64,000 nt of DNA from Alphaproteobacteria bacterium. Lineage in GTDB: Bacteria > Pseudomonadota > Alphaproteobacteria > SP197. The stretch's first letter is position 1, and the number at the start of each line of letters is the position of its first letter. The DNA is taken from the NCBI GenBank assembly GCA_965228895.1, contig OZ245842.1:5216001-5280000 (forward strand), in the 5' to 3' direction. Both the position numbers and the translations under genes were made by a program. Shown one piece after another: positions 30,641 through 38,651 of this stretch. The notes under the pieces are model-generated. The model was not told the origin of the DNA and ran no database searches. It saw only the letters and a list, made by a program, of their open reading frames with translations.

Positions 30641-31663
30641 TTACTCGTAATTGATATTGACGCTGCCGCCATCGAAGTTGCCGCCGCCAACAGAGGTCAG
30701 GCGAACCCTGTCCAGCTCGGCTGTCAGTGTCTTCGTGCCCGCCATATAGGCGACGTTGTTCCCATTGTCGGCGGCTATCAGGCTTGTTGCCGCCCAGAGA
30801 TTCGTGGAGGAATTCAGAAGCTCTAGGTGAACCATGCCGTCAAGCTCGGTCGCTGCGCCCTGAAGGTTGAGGAGAATGAAACCGGATGAGTTGGCAACAC
30901 CCGCAGTTTGCGAAGAATCCACGTTGGAACCCGTGTACCCGGATGTCTCGATGCCACCGCTGTCGCCAAGTTGGATGATGATGTCGGACGAACCGCTAAG
31001 GCTGACACCGGCCAGCATAACGGTGATCTTCTTTGTCCCCGAAGGGATCGAGGTGAAGTCCTTTGTGGTGCCAGAAGTCGTCGCCTGTGGTGTCTCTAGC
31101 GTGATGCCGAACGTGGGCAAGTCCTGCATCGTCGGAGTGTTGCCCGCACCGTTCGAAGTCAGAACCTGCCCGGAGGTGCCCTCATCAATAGGCGTAATGC
31201 CGAAGGCAAACCAGTTCGTGCCGTCCGTGGAGATCTGGACGCCTTGCTGATCACCGAGGGTGAGGGTTGTCTCACCGTTGATAGTCTCCGACGCGTTGCC
31301 GTCCAAGGTGATGTCCGAGCCGCCGTCGTTCACAACCGTAAAGACGAACGGGACGCCAACCGTGCCTGCGGCGGGCGTGGTGATCGTGATGCTGCCCGCA
31401 GTGGCGCGAATCAGCTTGCCCTGATCGCTGGTTTGGACGGTGTAGTTGACGCCCGTCGCCGTGACACCCGCGCCGCCAATGACTTTCCCAAAGGCCGAGG
31501 TGATGGCTGTCCAGGTGGCTTCCAGCGCCGTCTTGATGGGGTCGGCAAGCTTGGTCTTGTGCTTTGCCCACGTAACCGTGTTGTCAGCGCCAGACGTACC
31601 GTCATCAGGCGGAGGCGTGGAGTTGTAGCCCGATATTGACGGTGGGGTGAAAGGGTTAGCCAT
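30641..31663 (-). CDS. Phage fibre/spike-like structural protein
   Basis: Thr/Gly/Ser-rich beta-type sequence; NYTVQTSDQGKLI...ITTPAA...ETING module; GTSGQVLTSNG linker; C-terminal ATTSGT..DFTSIPSG.KKI domain of the kind seen in phage fibres. Confidence 0.65.
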   Translation of the reverse strand: MANPFTPPSISGYNSTPPPDDGTSGADNTVTWAKHKTKLADPIKTALEATWTAITSAFGKVIGGAGVTATGVNYTVQTSDQGKLIRATAGSITITTPAAGTVGVPFVFTVVNDGGSDITLDGNASETINGETTLTLGDQQGVQISTDGTNWFAFGITPIDEGTSGQVLTSNGAGNTPTMQDLPTFGITLETPQATTSGTTKDFTSIPSGTKKITVMLAGVSLSGSSDIIIQLGDSGGIETSGYTGSNVDSSQTAGVANSSGFILLNLQGAATELDGMVHLELLNSSTNLWAATSLIAADNGNNVAYMAGTKTLTAELDRVRLTSVGGGNFDGGSVNINYE

Positions 31664-31677
31664 TACTCATTCCTTGT

Positions 31678-32295
31678 TCAAAAGCCGCCATTGTTCCGCT
31701 TCCACTTTGCCATCTCGGAATCACTGGCATTGCGTGCCCACTCATCGAAGGCCTTGCTGTCGTCCTGAGCACCCGGTGTCTGTGCTGCCCTGACAGCTGA
31801 GGTCATAGCCTCCACGTCCGCCGTCACTTCAGGATCGGGCCGTGACGCCAGTTCCTTCTCCAGCGCCTTGGTGGCGCGCTTGAGGGCGCTGCCCCAAACG
31901 TCCGGTGCCTTGTTGCGGGCAGTAAAGGCAGCGGCGAAGCGCGGGTCGGTATAGAACTCTCCCAGCAGAAACTTCTTCACCGAGTCCTCTGATACCGCGC
32001 CCTCGATACCTCGATGAACGTCAGCTACGGCGCTGTCGATATCGGCGTTCTGGACTCTCAGCGCGTCCGCATAGACACGCTTGTCATTCTCGCTTTCAAG
32101 GCGCTCCAGGCGTTGTGTGGTGTCCTCAGGCTCAGTAGGCGTCTCGGGCTGTTCAGCTGGCGTCTCAGGCTCCTTGGGAGGCAGTGACGCATCGAACTCC
32201 GCCAGCAACGCATCCACGTCGTCCATCGTGTTGAGCGGGCGAACCTCTGGCTTCTCAGCCGCCACGCTCTCCTGATTCAGATCACCATCCGCCAT
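31678..32295 (-). CDS. Acidic scaffold-like protein
   Basis: Very acidic Pro/Glu-rich N-terminus, helical core, short aromatic C-terminal motif. Function is inferred. Confidence 0.5.
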   Translation of the reverse strand: MADGDLNQESVAAEKPEVRPLNTMDDVDALLAEFDASLPPKEPETPAEQPETPTEPEDTTQRLERLESENDKRVYADALRVQNADIDSAVADVHRGIEGAVSEDSVKKFLLGEFYTDPRFAAAFTARNKAPDVWGSALKRATKALEKELASRPDPEVTADVEAMTSAVRAAQTPGAQDDSKAFDEWARNASDSEMAKWKRNNGGF

Positions 32296-32473
32296 GGGCC
32301 ATCTTCCAGCGCCTGAGTTCGCCGTCGCTCATCATGCGGATCTTATCGTCGAAGGCCTTACGGGCTTCCTCCGTCTCGCCCTCGGCCTCCAACCGTTTCG
32401 AGGCGGCCTCATGCAGGCGTTTCACCTGTTCGACGGTGAGGTTGTCTGCGATGTCATCCGTGGTGACTGGCAT
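32282..32473 (-). CDS. 63-aa protein sharing the scaffold-like C-terminal motif
   Basis: RBS GGAGGAG; C-terminus KAFDDKIRMMSDGELRRWKMAHGGW. Confidence 0.7.
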   Translation of the reverse strand: MPVTTDDIADNLTVEQVKRLHEAASKRLEAEGETEEARKAFDDKIRMMSDGELRRWKMAHGGW

Positions 32474-32987
32474 TGTCCTTCTCCTCCAGTGTTTCAATTA
32501 GATTGATTGCGCGCTCGATTCCGTCGCGGCTTTGGAGCAACGGAGACTTGTGCTTTCTGAGTTCGCCGGTGGCCTCCGTCATCATGGCCTTGATCCGCGC
32601 TTCGAGCTGATCCAGTTCCCGGTGACGGTTCCGGACCTCGATCTCGCGCTGTTCCATGCTGTCTTCCTTGCGCGCCCACTTCGCCTCTAAATTGGCGATC
32701 CGCTTCTCGCGTCGCTCGTGGTCCTTCTGGCTCGCGGCAAGATACTCGCTCCACTTGCTCAGCTTTTTCTGCGCCCGTTCCAGTTCGCCCTCCGCCTTCG
32801 TAACGGCATCGCGGCGTTCGGTGAACTCCTTGAGCTTCTCCTCAAAAGCCTCGGGATCATTTACCGCGTGAACCAGCGCAATGGCGGCGGCCTCGTTGCC
32901 AGCCAGACCCGGCAGGTGGATGCTGTCGTGGTTCTCGCGTGGCTTGGGCTTCGGCACGTTGACTTGTTCGGGTTTCTCTTGCGTCAT
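32454..32987 (-). CDS. Coiled-coil hypothetical protein
   Basis: Charged heptad-rich 177 aa; ATGA overlap with the upstream gene. Confidence 0.75.
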   Translation of the reverse strand: MTQEKPEQVNVPKPKPRENHDSIHLPGLAGNEAAAIALVHAVNDPEAFEEKLKEFTERRDAVTKAEGELERAQKKLSKWSEYLAASQKDHERREKRIANLEAKWARKEDSMEQREIEVRNRHRELDQLEARIKAMMTEATGELRKHKSPLLQSRDGIERAINLIETLEEKDNASHHG

Positions 32988-35017
32988 TCATCCTCACCTT
33001 GTGCCGCCTGTAGTGCGGCGTCCAAACGTTGCTGCAAGAGTTGCGCGGAGCTGTTCCTGTCCACGTTCACGCCCATCTCGTTTTGCAGGATTTCCTTCAT
33101 CTGCTCGATGACGGGTGCGAGGTTCTGGTTCTGTGACGCGATGACGTTGAGCTGGGCCGCGTGGTTCGCCCACGACACGGTGCCGAAGCTCACGGTGGGT
33201 GCGTCCGCCATCCATCTGACAAGGCGCGGAGACATCAGTATCTTCGCTGCCAAGGTGGAGGCGGCGACAGTGCCGCCGACTGCCGCACCAGTCGCAACGG
33301 GAAGAACACCGGTCGAGAAGAAGTCCACCACCGCACCGGCACCGATAGCGCTGCCGATGAGGACGCGACCGGTACCGGAGTTGTTGTACATCCGCTCCGT
33401 TCGCCGAATGCTCGACAACACCTCGGCAAAGTTATCGAGCTCTTCTCTCAGGCCCGGTGTGGCCTCGAACAGGATGTCCTTGCCGCCATCGGAGAGGCGG
33501 TTGTAGTTGGTGAGAAAGCGGTTCATCGAGAAATCGACTTCCGCAATCTCACCGGCATTGCCTGCCAAAGGACGGCCCATTTCTCTGATGACGCTGGCGG
33601 CGACTTCGTTCCACGTCGCGTCGTCCATCGCGGAGCGGATCTCCTGAAGCTCCCTGAGAGACGCGCCCGCTCGTTCCCCGGCCCGTTTGACCAACAAGTC
33701 ATACGTGGCCTCTCCCGACGCATTGGGATCGAGCAGGCGGTTAAGTGCGTTCTGTATCTTCTCGGCACCAAGACGGTAGAACTCGTCGGCCCGATTGATG
33801 GCCTGCAACGCGTCCGGCCCCAACGTTTCGGCAAACGTCTTCATGTCATCGGTGATGGCACCGTAGAGCTCGCGGAGGGCCTGGGTGTCCAGGTCCGCGC
33901 CCAAGACAACTTGGGGCTTGGCAAGCAGGCGTCCGATTTCCGTTCGGAACGATCGCAGGTCTGAGTAGGTGAGCGCGCCGTCGTTGTTGCGGATGGCGTT
34001 GGCCCAGCGCTCGAAGCGCGGTGACACGAACGCATCACCCAACTCCGCCAGATCGAACTTCGCGGCAGATCCGGAGAGGGCATTGATGGTCTCCGTCATC
34101 TGCACCTGTGCGGTGGGTGAGAAGAGATCATCGACCCGCTGATAGAGCGCTCTTGCCTTGAGCGCGAAGCCTTCGCCCTCCGGCAGGCTCAGATTCCGCG
34201 TGGCTGTTCGGAAGATGTTGCTGATGGCCTCTTCGCTCAGGTCGCCCGCGACATTCACACTGCCACGGAACGCTTCCGCTCCGGCCTGGGCAGCTTCTCC
34301 GCCTGCCAAGCGGGACACCGACGTGCCGCCAGTGGACGCCGCAAGCTCTTCTGCCGCGTCTGCCGCACTCCCAGCCGTGCGCGCCATGCCGCGCTCGATG
34401 ACATTGCCTGCAACCGGCGTCTCGCGAAGGGTGGAGACGACACCACGAACGGTGCGGTTCTCCATGGCCGTCGCCAGCGTCGGCGTTACACCGGCCTGAC
34501 GGAAGCGGCCAACGGTTTGGCCGAGACGCGTAGCCTGGGCAGCGGGTTGGATGACGTTGCGCGACACCAGATTACCGAAACGCGGCACACCGCCCGGCAC
34601 ACTGCCGCCCATGGCTCCGAACGAAAGAACGCGTCCCAAGGCAAGCAAGCGTTCGTCGGTTTCTTCGGAGCGCAGGTACACCGTTCTCTGGCCGGTAGCC
34701 GGGTCGATCAGTTGGACGTGGATTTGTGGGTCGAAGTCAATCCAACTGCCGTCATCACGCAGGGCAATCGGCCCGAAGTCAGCCTCCAACCACTTGCCGA
34801 TGCGTTCGTAGTTGGGCTCGCCTTGAAGGTTGCGGACGATAGGCGAGGTGCCCTGGAATGCCGCCTCCAGTTCCGTCTGGAAACCCTCGGCAACGGCACC
34901 AGCGCCTGACACCTCACGTGTGTTCTCAGGGAACGTCGTCATGGGCTCCGGGATGGGCGGTGCTGTCTCACCGGCGGCACGGCGGACGTCGGCAAGCCTT
35001 TCTTCAAGAGAGGCCAT
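32984..35017 (-). CDS. Putative internal virion / DNA-ejection protein (large)
   Basis: 677 aa, Ala/Gly-rich and helical; LTYSDLRSFRTEIG, NNSGTGR then hydrophobic Gly/Ala segments and LMSPRLVRW, recalling P22-gp16-type transfer proteins. Confidence 0.6.
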   Translation of the reverse strand: MASLEERLADVRRAAGETAPPIPEPMTTFPENTREVSGAGAVAEGFQTELEAAFQGTSPIVRNLQGEPNYERIGKWLEADFGPIALRDDGSWIDFDPQIHVQLIDPATGQRTVYLRSEETDERLLALGRVLSFGAMGGSVPGGVPRFGNLVSRNVIQPAAQATRLGQTVGRFRQAGVTPTLATAMENRTVRGVVSTLRETPVAGNVIERGMARTAGSAADAAEELAASTGGTSVSRLAGGEAAQAGAEAFRGSVNVAGDLSEEAISNIFRTATRNLSLPEGEGFALKARALYQRVDDLFSPTAQVQMTETINALSGSAAKFDLAELGDAFVSPRFERWANAIRNNDGALTYSDLRSFRTEIGRLLAKPQVVLGADLDTQALRELYGAITDDMKTFAETLGPDALQAINRADEFYRLGAEKIQNALNRLLDPNASGEATYDLLVKRAGERAGASLRELQEIRSAMDDATWNEVAASVIREMGRPLAGNAGEIAEVDFSMNRFLTNYNRLSDGGKDILFEATPGLREELDNFAEVLSSIRRTERMYNNSGTGRVLIGSAIGAGAVVDFFSTGVLPVATGAAVGGTVAASTLAAKILMSPRLVRWMADAPTVSFGTVSWANHAAQLNVIASQNQNLAPVIEQMKEILQNEMGVNVDRNSSAQLLQQRLDAALQAAQGEDE

Positions 35018-36228
35018 CAGAACCCCCGCTTTTCGAGTTCAGCGTCGAGCTGTGCCTTCTCATCGGCAGAAAGCGTTGAGAGGTCGATGCTTCCAAGCTC
35101 GGCAAGGCTCATGCTTGAGAAGTCGATTGGCGTGGCTAACCCGCTCTCACGAATACGGCTTCTGACGACGTTGGCAGGTGACACACCGGCCTCGTTCGCG
35201 GCGGTCGTGAAGTGAGATTCAAGGCTGCGCTGGTCGATGAGGAACTGCTCGTAGGAAGCTTGCGCTGCTTGCACCATGGCTTCGCGCATGTCGTCGGGCA
35301 GGATCTCGCCGCTGTCCAAACGTTGCAGGGCCTGCACCAGTTGTGAGCCTAGCCCCATAGCCTGGCCCGTGGTGGCGAACTCACCCTCGGTAACGCGGCT
35401 GCCGGGGTCCAGGACTTTGAAGAACGAGAACGTCAGCGCGACATCGCTCAGGCCCGTCGCATCCCCCGCCAAGTCCTGCATGATGAAGAACTGGCGCTGC
35501 ACCTCTTCAAAGCCCACCGACTGACGGTCGAAGTCGTCACGCAGGTTGTTCTCGACGGTGAGAATCTGGCTCGGGTCCAAACCGCCTTCAGCCCCAGACA
35601 CCAGTGGACTTATCTGGCCCGTCGTCTGGTTCATCTGCACGACGCTACCGGGGGCGAATCCCGACGCTTGAACTTCAGCGGGCGTCAACAGCCTGAAGCT
35701 GTCTGGACGTTTCGGCAGGTCAAAGGCGGACTGTTGCGCCGTTGCCGGATCGATACCCTGCGCAATAAGGGCATCCTCTGTTGCGGCCTGTCCCGCGACA
35801 CTGGCCTCTGCGTCCAGAGTAGCCGTCTGAAGTGTCTCTTCCCGTTTGGTGGGTGTCGCGGCGAACTGCGAAAGAAACGTCTGGAACCGATTCGGCTGTC
35901 CAAGCTGGCCGTAGAGTGTCCCGATCTGAGCAAGCATGCCCCGGATCATGCCAGCGTGCCGGGCGGTAAACTCTGTGGTGTCACCGCCGAGATAACTGGA
36001 CTTCAGGTTAAGCAGCGTTTCCTGCAACGTCGCGATGGCGTTTTCGCCCTCCTGCTGCATCGCGAAAGCTTCTTCTCGTTTGAGCTTGCGCGCCTCCAAG
36101 TCAGCCTGGAACTGCTGCAATCCAAGCTGCTCCTCGGCAAGGCCGATGCGCTGCTCGTCGAGTGCAAGATTTCTGGCGGTCTGCTGCCCACGTGCAAAGC
36201 CGCCGAGTGTGATTCCTGTCAGTGCCAT
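35017..36228 (-). CDS. Putative internal virion / DNA-ejection protein (medium)
   Basis: 403 aa from MALTGITLGGFARG; Gln-rich coiled coil; SDVALTFSFFKVLDPGSRVTEGEF motif recalled from podophage virion proteins; TGATG-coupled to the next gene. Confidence 0.6.
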   Translation of the reverse strand: MALTGITLGGFARGQQTARNLALDEQRIGLAEEQLGLQQFQADLEARKLKREEAFAMQQEGENAIATLQETLLNLKSSYLGGDTTEFTARHAGMIRGMLAQIGTLYGQLGQPNRFQTFLSQFAATPTKREETLQTATLDAEASVAGQAATEDALIAQGIDPATAQQSAFDLPKRPDSFRLLTPAEVQASGFAPGSVVQMNQTTGQISPLVSGAEGGLDPSQILTVENNLRDDFDRQSVGFEEVQRQFFIMQDLAGDATGLSDVALTFSFFKVLDPGSRVTEGEFATTGQAMGLGSQLVQALQRLDSGEILPDDMREAMVQAAQASYEQFLIDQRSLESHFTTAANEAGVSPANVVRSRIRESGLATPIDFSSMSLAELGSIDLSTLSADEKAQLDAELEKRGF

Positions 36229-36443
36229 GTAAGGGCTCCCAGTTCGCGGAGTGTCTCCACCTGAACGCAAGCCAAGAACGTCGCGTTGGCGTCGTCCGTC
36301 ATTTCGCCGTCGTCGTCGAACCACTCCGGCTGCCACACCGCGAGGATGTCGGCTACGTCGTCTTGCAGGACGGGAGACTCACCAGCGCGGTAGCCAGCGG
36401 CGTGTGCTTCGATGATCGCCATGTCGCCAAGGCTAAGTCGCAT
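36219..36443 (-). CDS. Small acidic hypothetical protein (74 aa)
   Basis: GGAGG RBS; overlaps both neighbours. Confidence 0.6.
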   Translation of the reverse strand: MRLSLGDMAIIEAHAAGYRAGESPVLQDDVADILAVWQPEWFDDDGEMTDDANATFLACVQVETLRELGALTWH

Positions 36444-36684
36444 GAATGGCCTCCAACTCCTCGACGATGACGGTACGCTCCTCATGCGGTTGGCCGCTGT
36501 AATAAGCGTCCATCTCAGCACGCAGCTCGAAGGCCGGTTGATCCTGGCTGACCTTCAGGCCGCGCAAGTCAAGCCAGTCATAGAGCTGGCGGCGTCGCAG
36601 TGGGCGCTGTGCATTGCGGTAGCGGGCCAGGAGCTTGTAGTCCGCACCACCCGTGTCGGTCATCGTGACGCCGTCGCTATTCAT
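36433..36684 (-). CDS. Small paralog 3 of tandem triplet
   Basis: GGGAGG RBS; shared C-terminal motif D-x13-Y-x7-R-x2-[LI]V-x2-LEA. Confidence 0.75.
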   Translation of the reverse strand: MNSDGVTMTDTGGADYKLLARYRNAQRPLRRRQLYDWLDLRGLKVSQDQPAFELRAEMDAYYSGQPHEERTVIVEELEAIHAT

Positions 36685-36711
36685 TTCTCGTACCTCCCAT
36701 ACCGAGCGCCA

Positions 36712-37053
36712 TCAGTTGTCCTTGACGGCTTCGAGACGCTGGACGAGATCGACTCGCTCATTGTCCGAGGCGGTTCTGTACCAGTCGCGCAACAGCGCTT
36801 CCGTCACCGCCTTGGGCGTGTCTGTCGAGACATCACGCTCCTCGAAGACAGGGCCTCGAAGGCGGGGATTGTCGGGATCTTCGTGCTTCGCACGCTCAGC
36901 GTCGTCGCCGGTGAACTGTGCCAGCTTGACCGTCTCTTTCAGACCGAGCTGCGCGACGATATCGCTGACGAACTTCCTGCGTGTACCGGAGAGGGCTTCG
37001 TAGAATCTGGCGTCGAGTTTGTCGTTATTGCCGAGTGAGTTGATTTGAGCCAT
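36712..37053 (-). CDS. Small paralog 2 of tandem triplet
   Basis: GGAGG RBS; same C-terminal motif. Confidence 0.75.
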   Translation of the reverse strand: MAQINSLGNNDKLDARFYEALSGTRRKFVSDIVAQLGLKETVKLAQFTGDDAERAKHEDPDNPRLRGPVFEERDVSTDTPKAVTEALLRDWYRTASDNERVDLVQRLEAVKDN

Positions 37054-37312
37054 AGGCGTGAGCCTCCAGGGCGTTCACGATTAGCTCCCGTTTTTCGTTG
37101 TCGCCCGCTTGGTACAGGCTGTTGATTTTTTCGTTCATTTCGTCAGCCGTGGCATCGGGGTGGGCCTCCAGTTCAAGCTCCTTGCATACCCGGCGCTTGG
37201 GACCACGGCGAATGGCATCCAGCGCACGCTTGCGACGGCTATCAAGATGGCGCGCGTCAAAGGCGCTCTGCATCGCCGCTGCCTTTGCTTCTGTCGTCGG
37301 GATGGCCTTCAT
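37025..37312 (-). CDS. Small paralog 1 of tandem triplet (95 aa)
   Basis: GAGGA RBS before ATG 37312 (MKAIPTTEAK); same C-terminal motif. Confidence 0.72.
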   Translation of the reverse strand: MKAIPTTEAKAAAMQSAFDARHLDSRRKRALDAIRRGPKRRVCKELELEAHPDATADEMNEKINSLYQAGDNEKRELIVNALEAHAYGSNQLTRQ

Positions 37313-37317
37313 GTCCT

Positions 37318-37638
37318 CTAGTTCCCATTCGATGCGTCTGTCACAGCCGTGCCATCGGGCATCACACCCGTCACTTCCGACATCCGGCGCGCCATGTCGT
37401 TCAGCGCCGCCAACTGTGCCGCGCGTTTGGCCTCTTCCGCGTTCTCTCTCACGAACCGCGTCATCTCGATCATCCACCTCAGGCTGAAGTCGCCGATCAG
37501 CTTCTGAGCCTCGATGTCCGACTGCGGACCCAACTCCGTCTGCGATGTCCGCTCGTGCAGCATCTCCAGCCCCTCCGACAGCTCCAACAGCGTCGCCAGA
37601 TCGAACCTTGGGCGGTCTTCCGCTTCGGCTAGCGCCAT
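37318..37638 (-). CDS. Hypothetical helical protein (106 aa)
   Basis: GGAGG RBS; acidic amphipathic helices. Confidence 0.7.
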   Translation of the reverse strand: MALAEAEDRPRFDLATLLELSEGLEMLHERTSQTELGPQSDIEAQKLIGDFSLRWMIEMTRFVRENAEEAKRAAQLAALNDMARRMSEVTGVMPDGTAVTDASNGN

Positions 37639-37897
37639 CAGGTTCCTCCAAAAACCTCGTCAGTCTCTCGTTCAGGGCACCCGGCTCCGGCAACGGTGAC
37701 CGCCACCGCAGCCGATCCTGGAGGTGAAGGATGTACGCCCTCGTGCGCTTGTCCTTCAGCGCCTCCGTCGCACGTGTCGTCAACGAACCCCTTGCCATAT
37801 CCGCGACCGCCGCTGCACGAGCACCGTTGCCCAGGACGACAAATGCCTCGGCAAAACGCTTGCGCTTGCGTGTCACGCCAAATGGCCGGGCCTCCAT
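37638..37897 (-). pseudogene. Terminase small subunit-like HTH gene, frame-disturbed
   Basis: VTRKRKRFAEAFVVLGNGARAAAVA...RATEALKD...AYI resembles the TerS N-terminal HTH. The expected AGY motif is out of frame and the main frame lacks a stop at the next gene. Confidence 0.55.
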
Positions 37898-38292
37898 GCG
37901 AGTGCCTCAAAAAGCGTTGTTCTGGCGAAAAGACTACAACAGAAAAAACTATGCAACAAGCGGAAAAGTTCAGTTTTTTTGGGGGCAGAGTTTGGATTTC
38001 GGCTGGGTGTATGAGTGGCGACTACGGCGCGGGGCGAAGGGCATGGGGGTGGCCCGGCATGGGCCTCAAGCGCCAGACTCTGAGTAGCTATCAGGCGTTC
38101 TAGGCCACAGAAGCTAGAGTTTGTGCGGCTTTCGGGCTGTGCTGCTTGGCAACGGGTAACAGTCGGGTAACGGCGAGGGCAAAAAGACTTCCGAGCGTCG
38201 GAAACCTTTCCCGTTTGAAAACGGACACAAACAAGGCCGAACCACCATGCCATTAGCACGCCGTTAGGCCTTACCGTGACCTCACCGTCCCA

Positions 38293-38336
38293 TAGGAGAG
38301 CCTTAGGAGAACCTTGGTATAACCTTGGGGTACCCT
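38293..38336. repeat. Four imperfect tandem 11-mers
   Basis: TAGGAGAGCCT|TAGGAGAACCT|TGGTATAACCT|TGGGGTACCCT. Confidence 0.75.
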
Positions 38337-38342
38337 TATAGC

Positions 38343-38453
38343 CCGGACACGCCGGACAAACCCGGACATTGTCCGGACATGTCCGCAGACACCCAACCCG
38401 GACAGGACAGGACATATCCCTTAAGGGATGTCCGTGTCCGGTCCGGTGTCCGG
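38343..38453. repeat. Iteron cluster, putative replication origin
   Basis: CCGGACA at 38343, 38352, 38362, 38373, 38398; GGACA at 38405, 38410; inverted TGTCC copies; 14-bp palindrome ATCCCTTAAGGGAT at 38416-29. Lies downstream of the helicase gene. Confidence 0.75.
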
Positions 38454-38456
38454 ATG

Positions 38457-38651
38457 TTACCGTTGAAGACATGAAGTTGGTTTGGTTGCGGCCTCGCAGC
38501 GACGGCTGACAAGCTGCCCGGCCTCGTTCTCGGTCGTCGTGATGAACCACGCCCAGACGGTCCCGCAGTCCACGGTGTCGCTGCCCTTGTGTGCGGTGAG
38601 CCGCCAACCAGGCTCGGCAGGCATGAAGACGCTGTAGGTCTGTTGCTTCAC
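38457..38651 (-). CDS. Small hypothetical protein
   Basis: GTG start overlapping the helicase stop (GTGA); PAEPGW...VWAW. Confidence 0.45.
   Translation of the reverse strand: MKQQTYSVFMPAEPGWRLTAHKGSDTVDCGTVWAWFITTTENEAGQLVSRRCEAATKPTSCLQR

Noticed and set aside
37025-37897. 290-aa ORF as a single protein
   Set aside because: It joins a TerS-like N-terminus, an off-frame shadow of the 37318-37638 gene and a separate 95-aa gene with its own RBS.
38293-38453. CRISPR array
   Set aside because: Repeats are 5-11 bp with no unique 25-45 bp spacers, and there are no cas genes.
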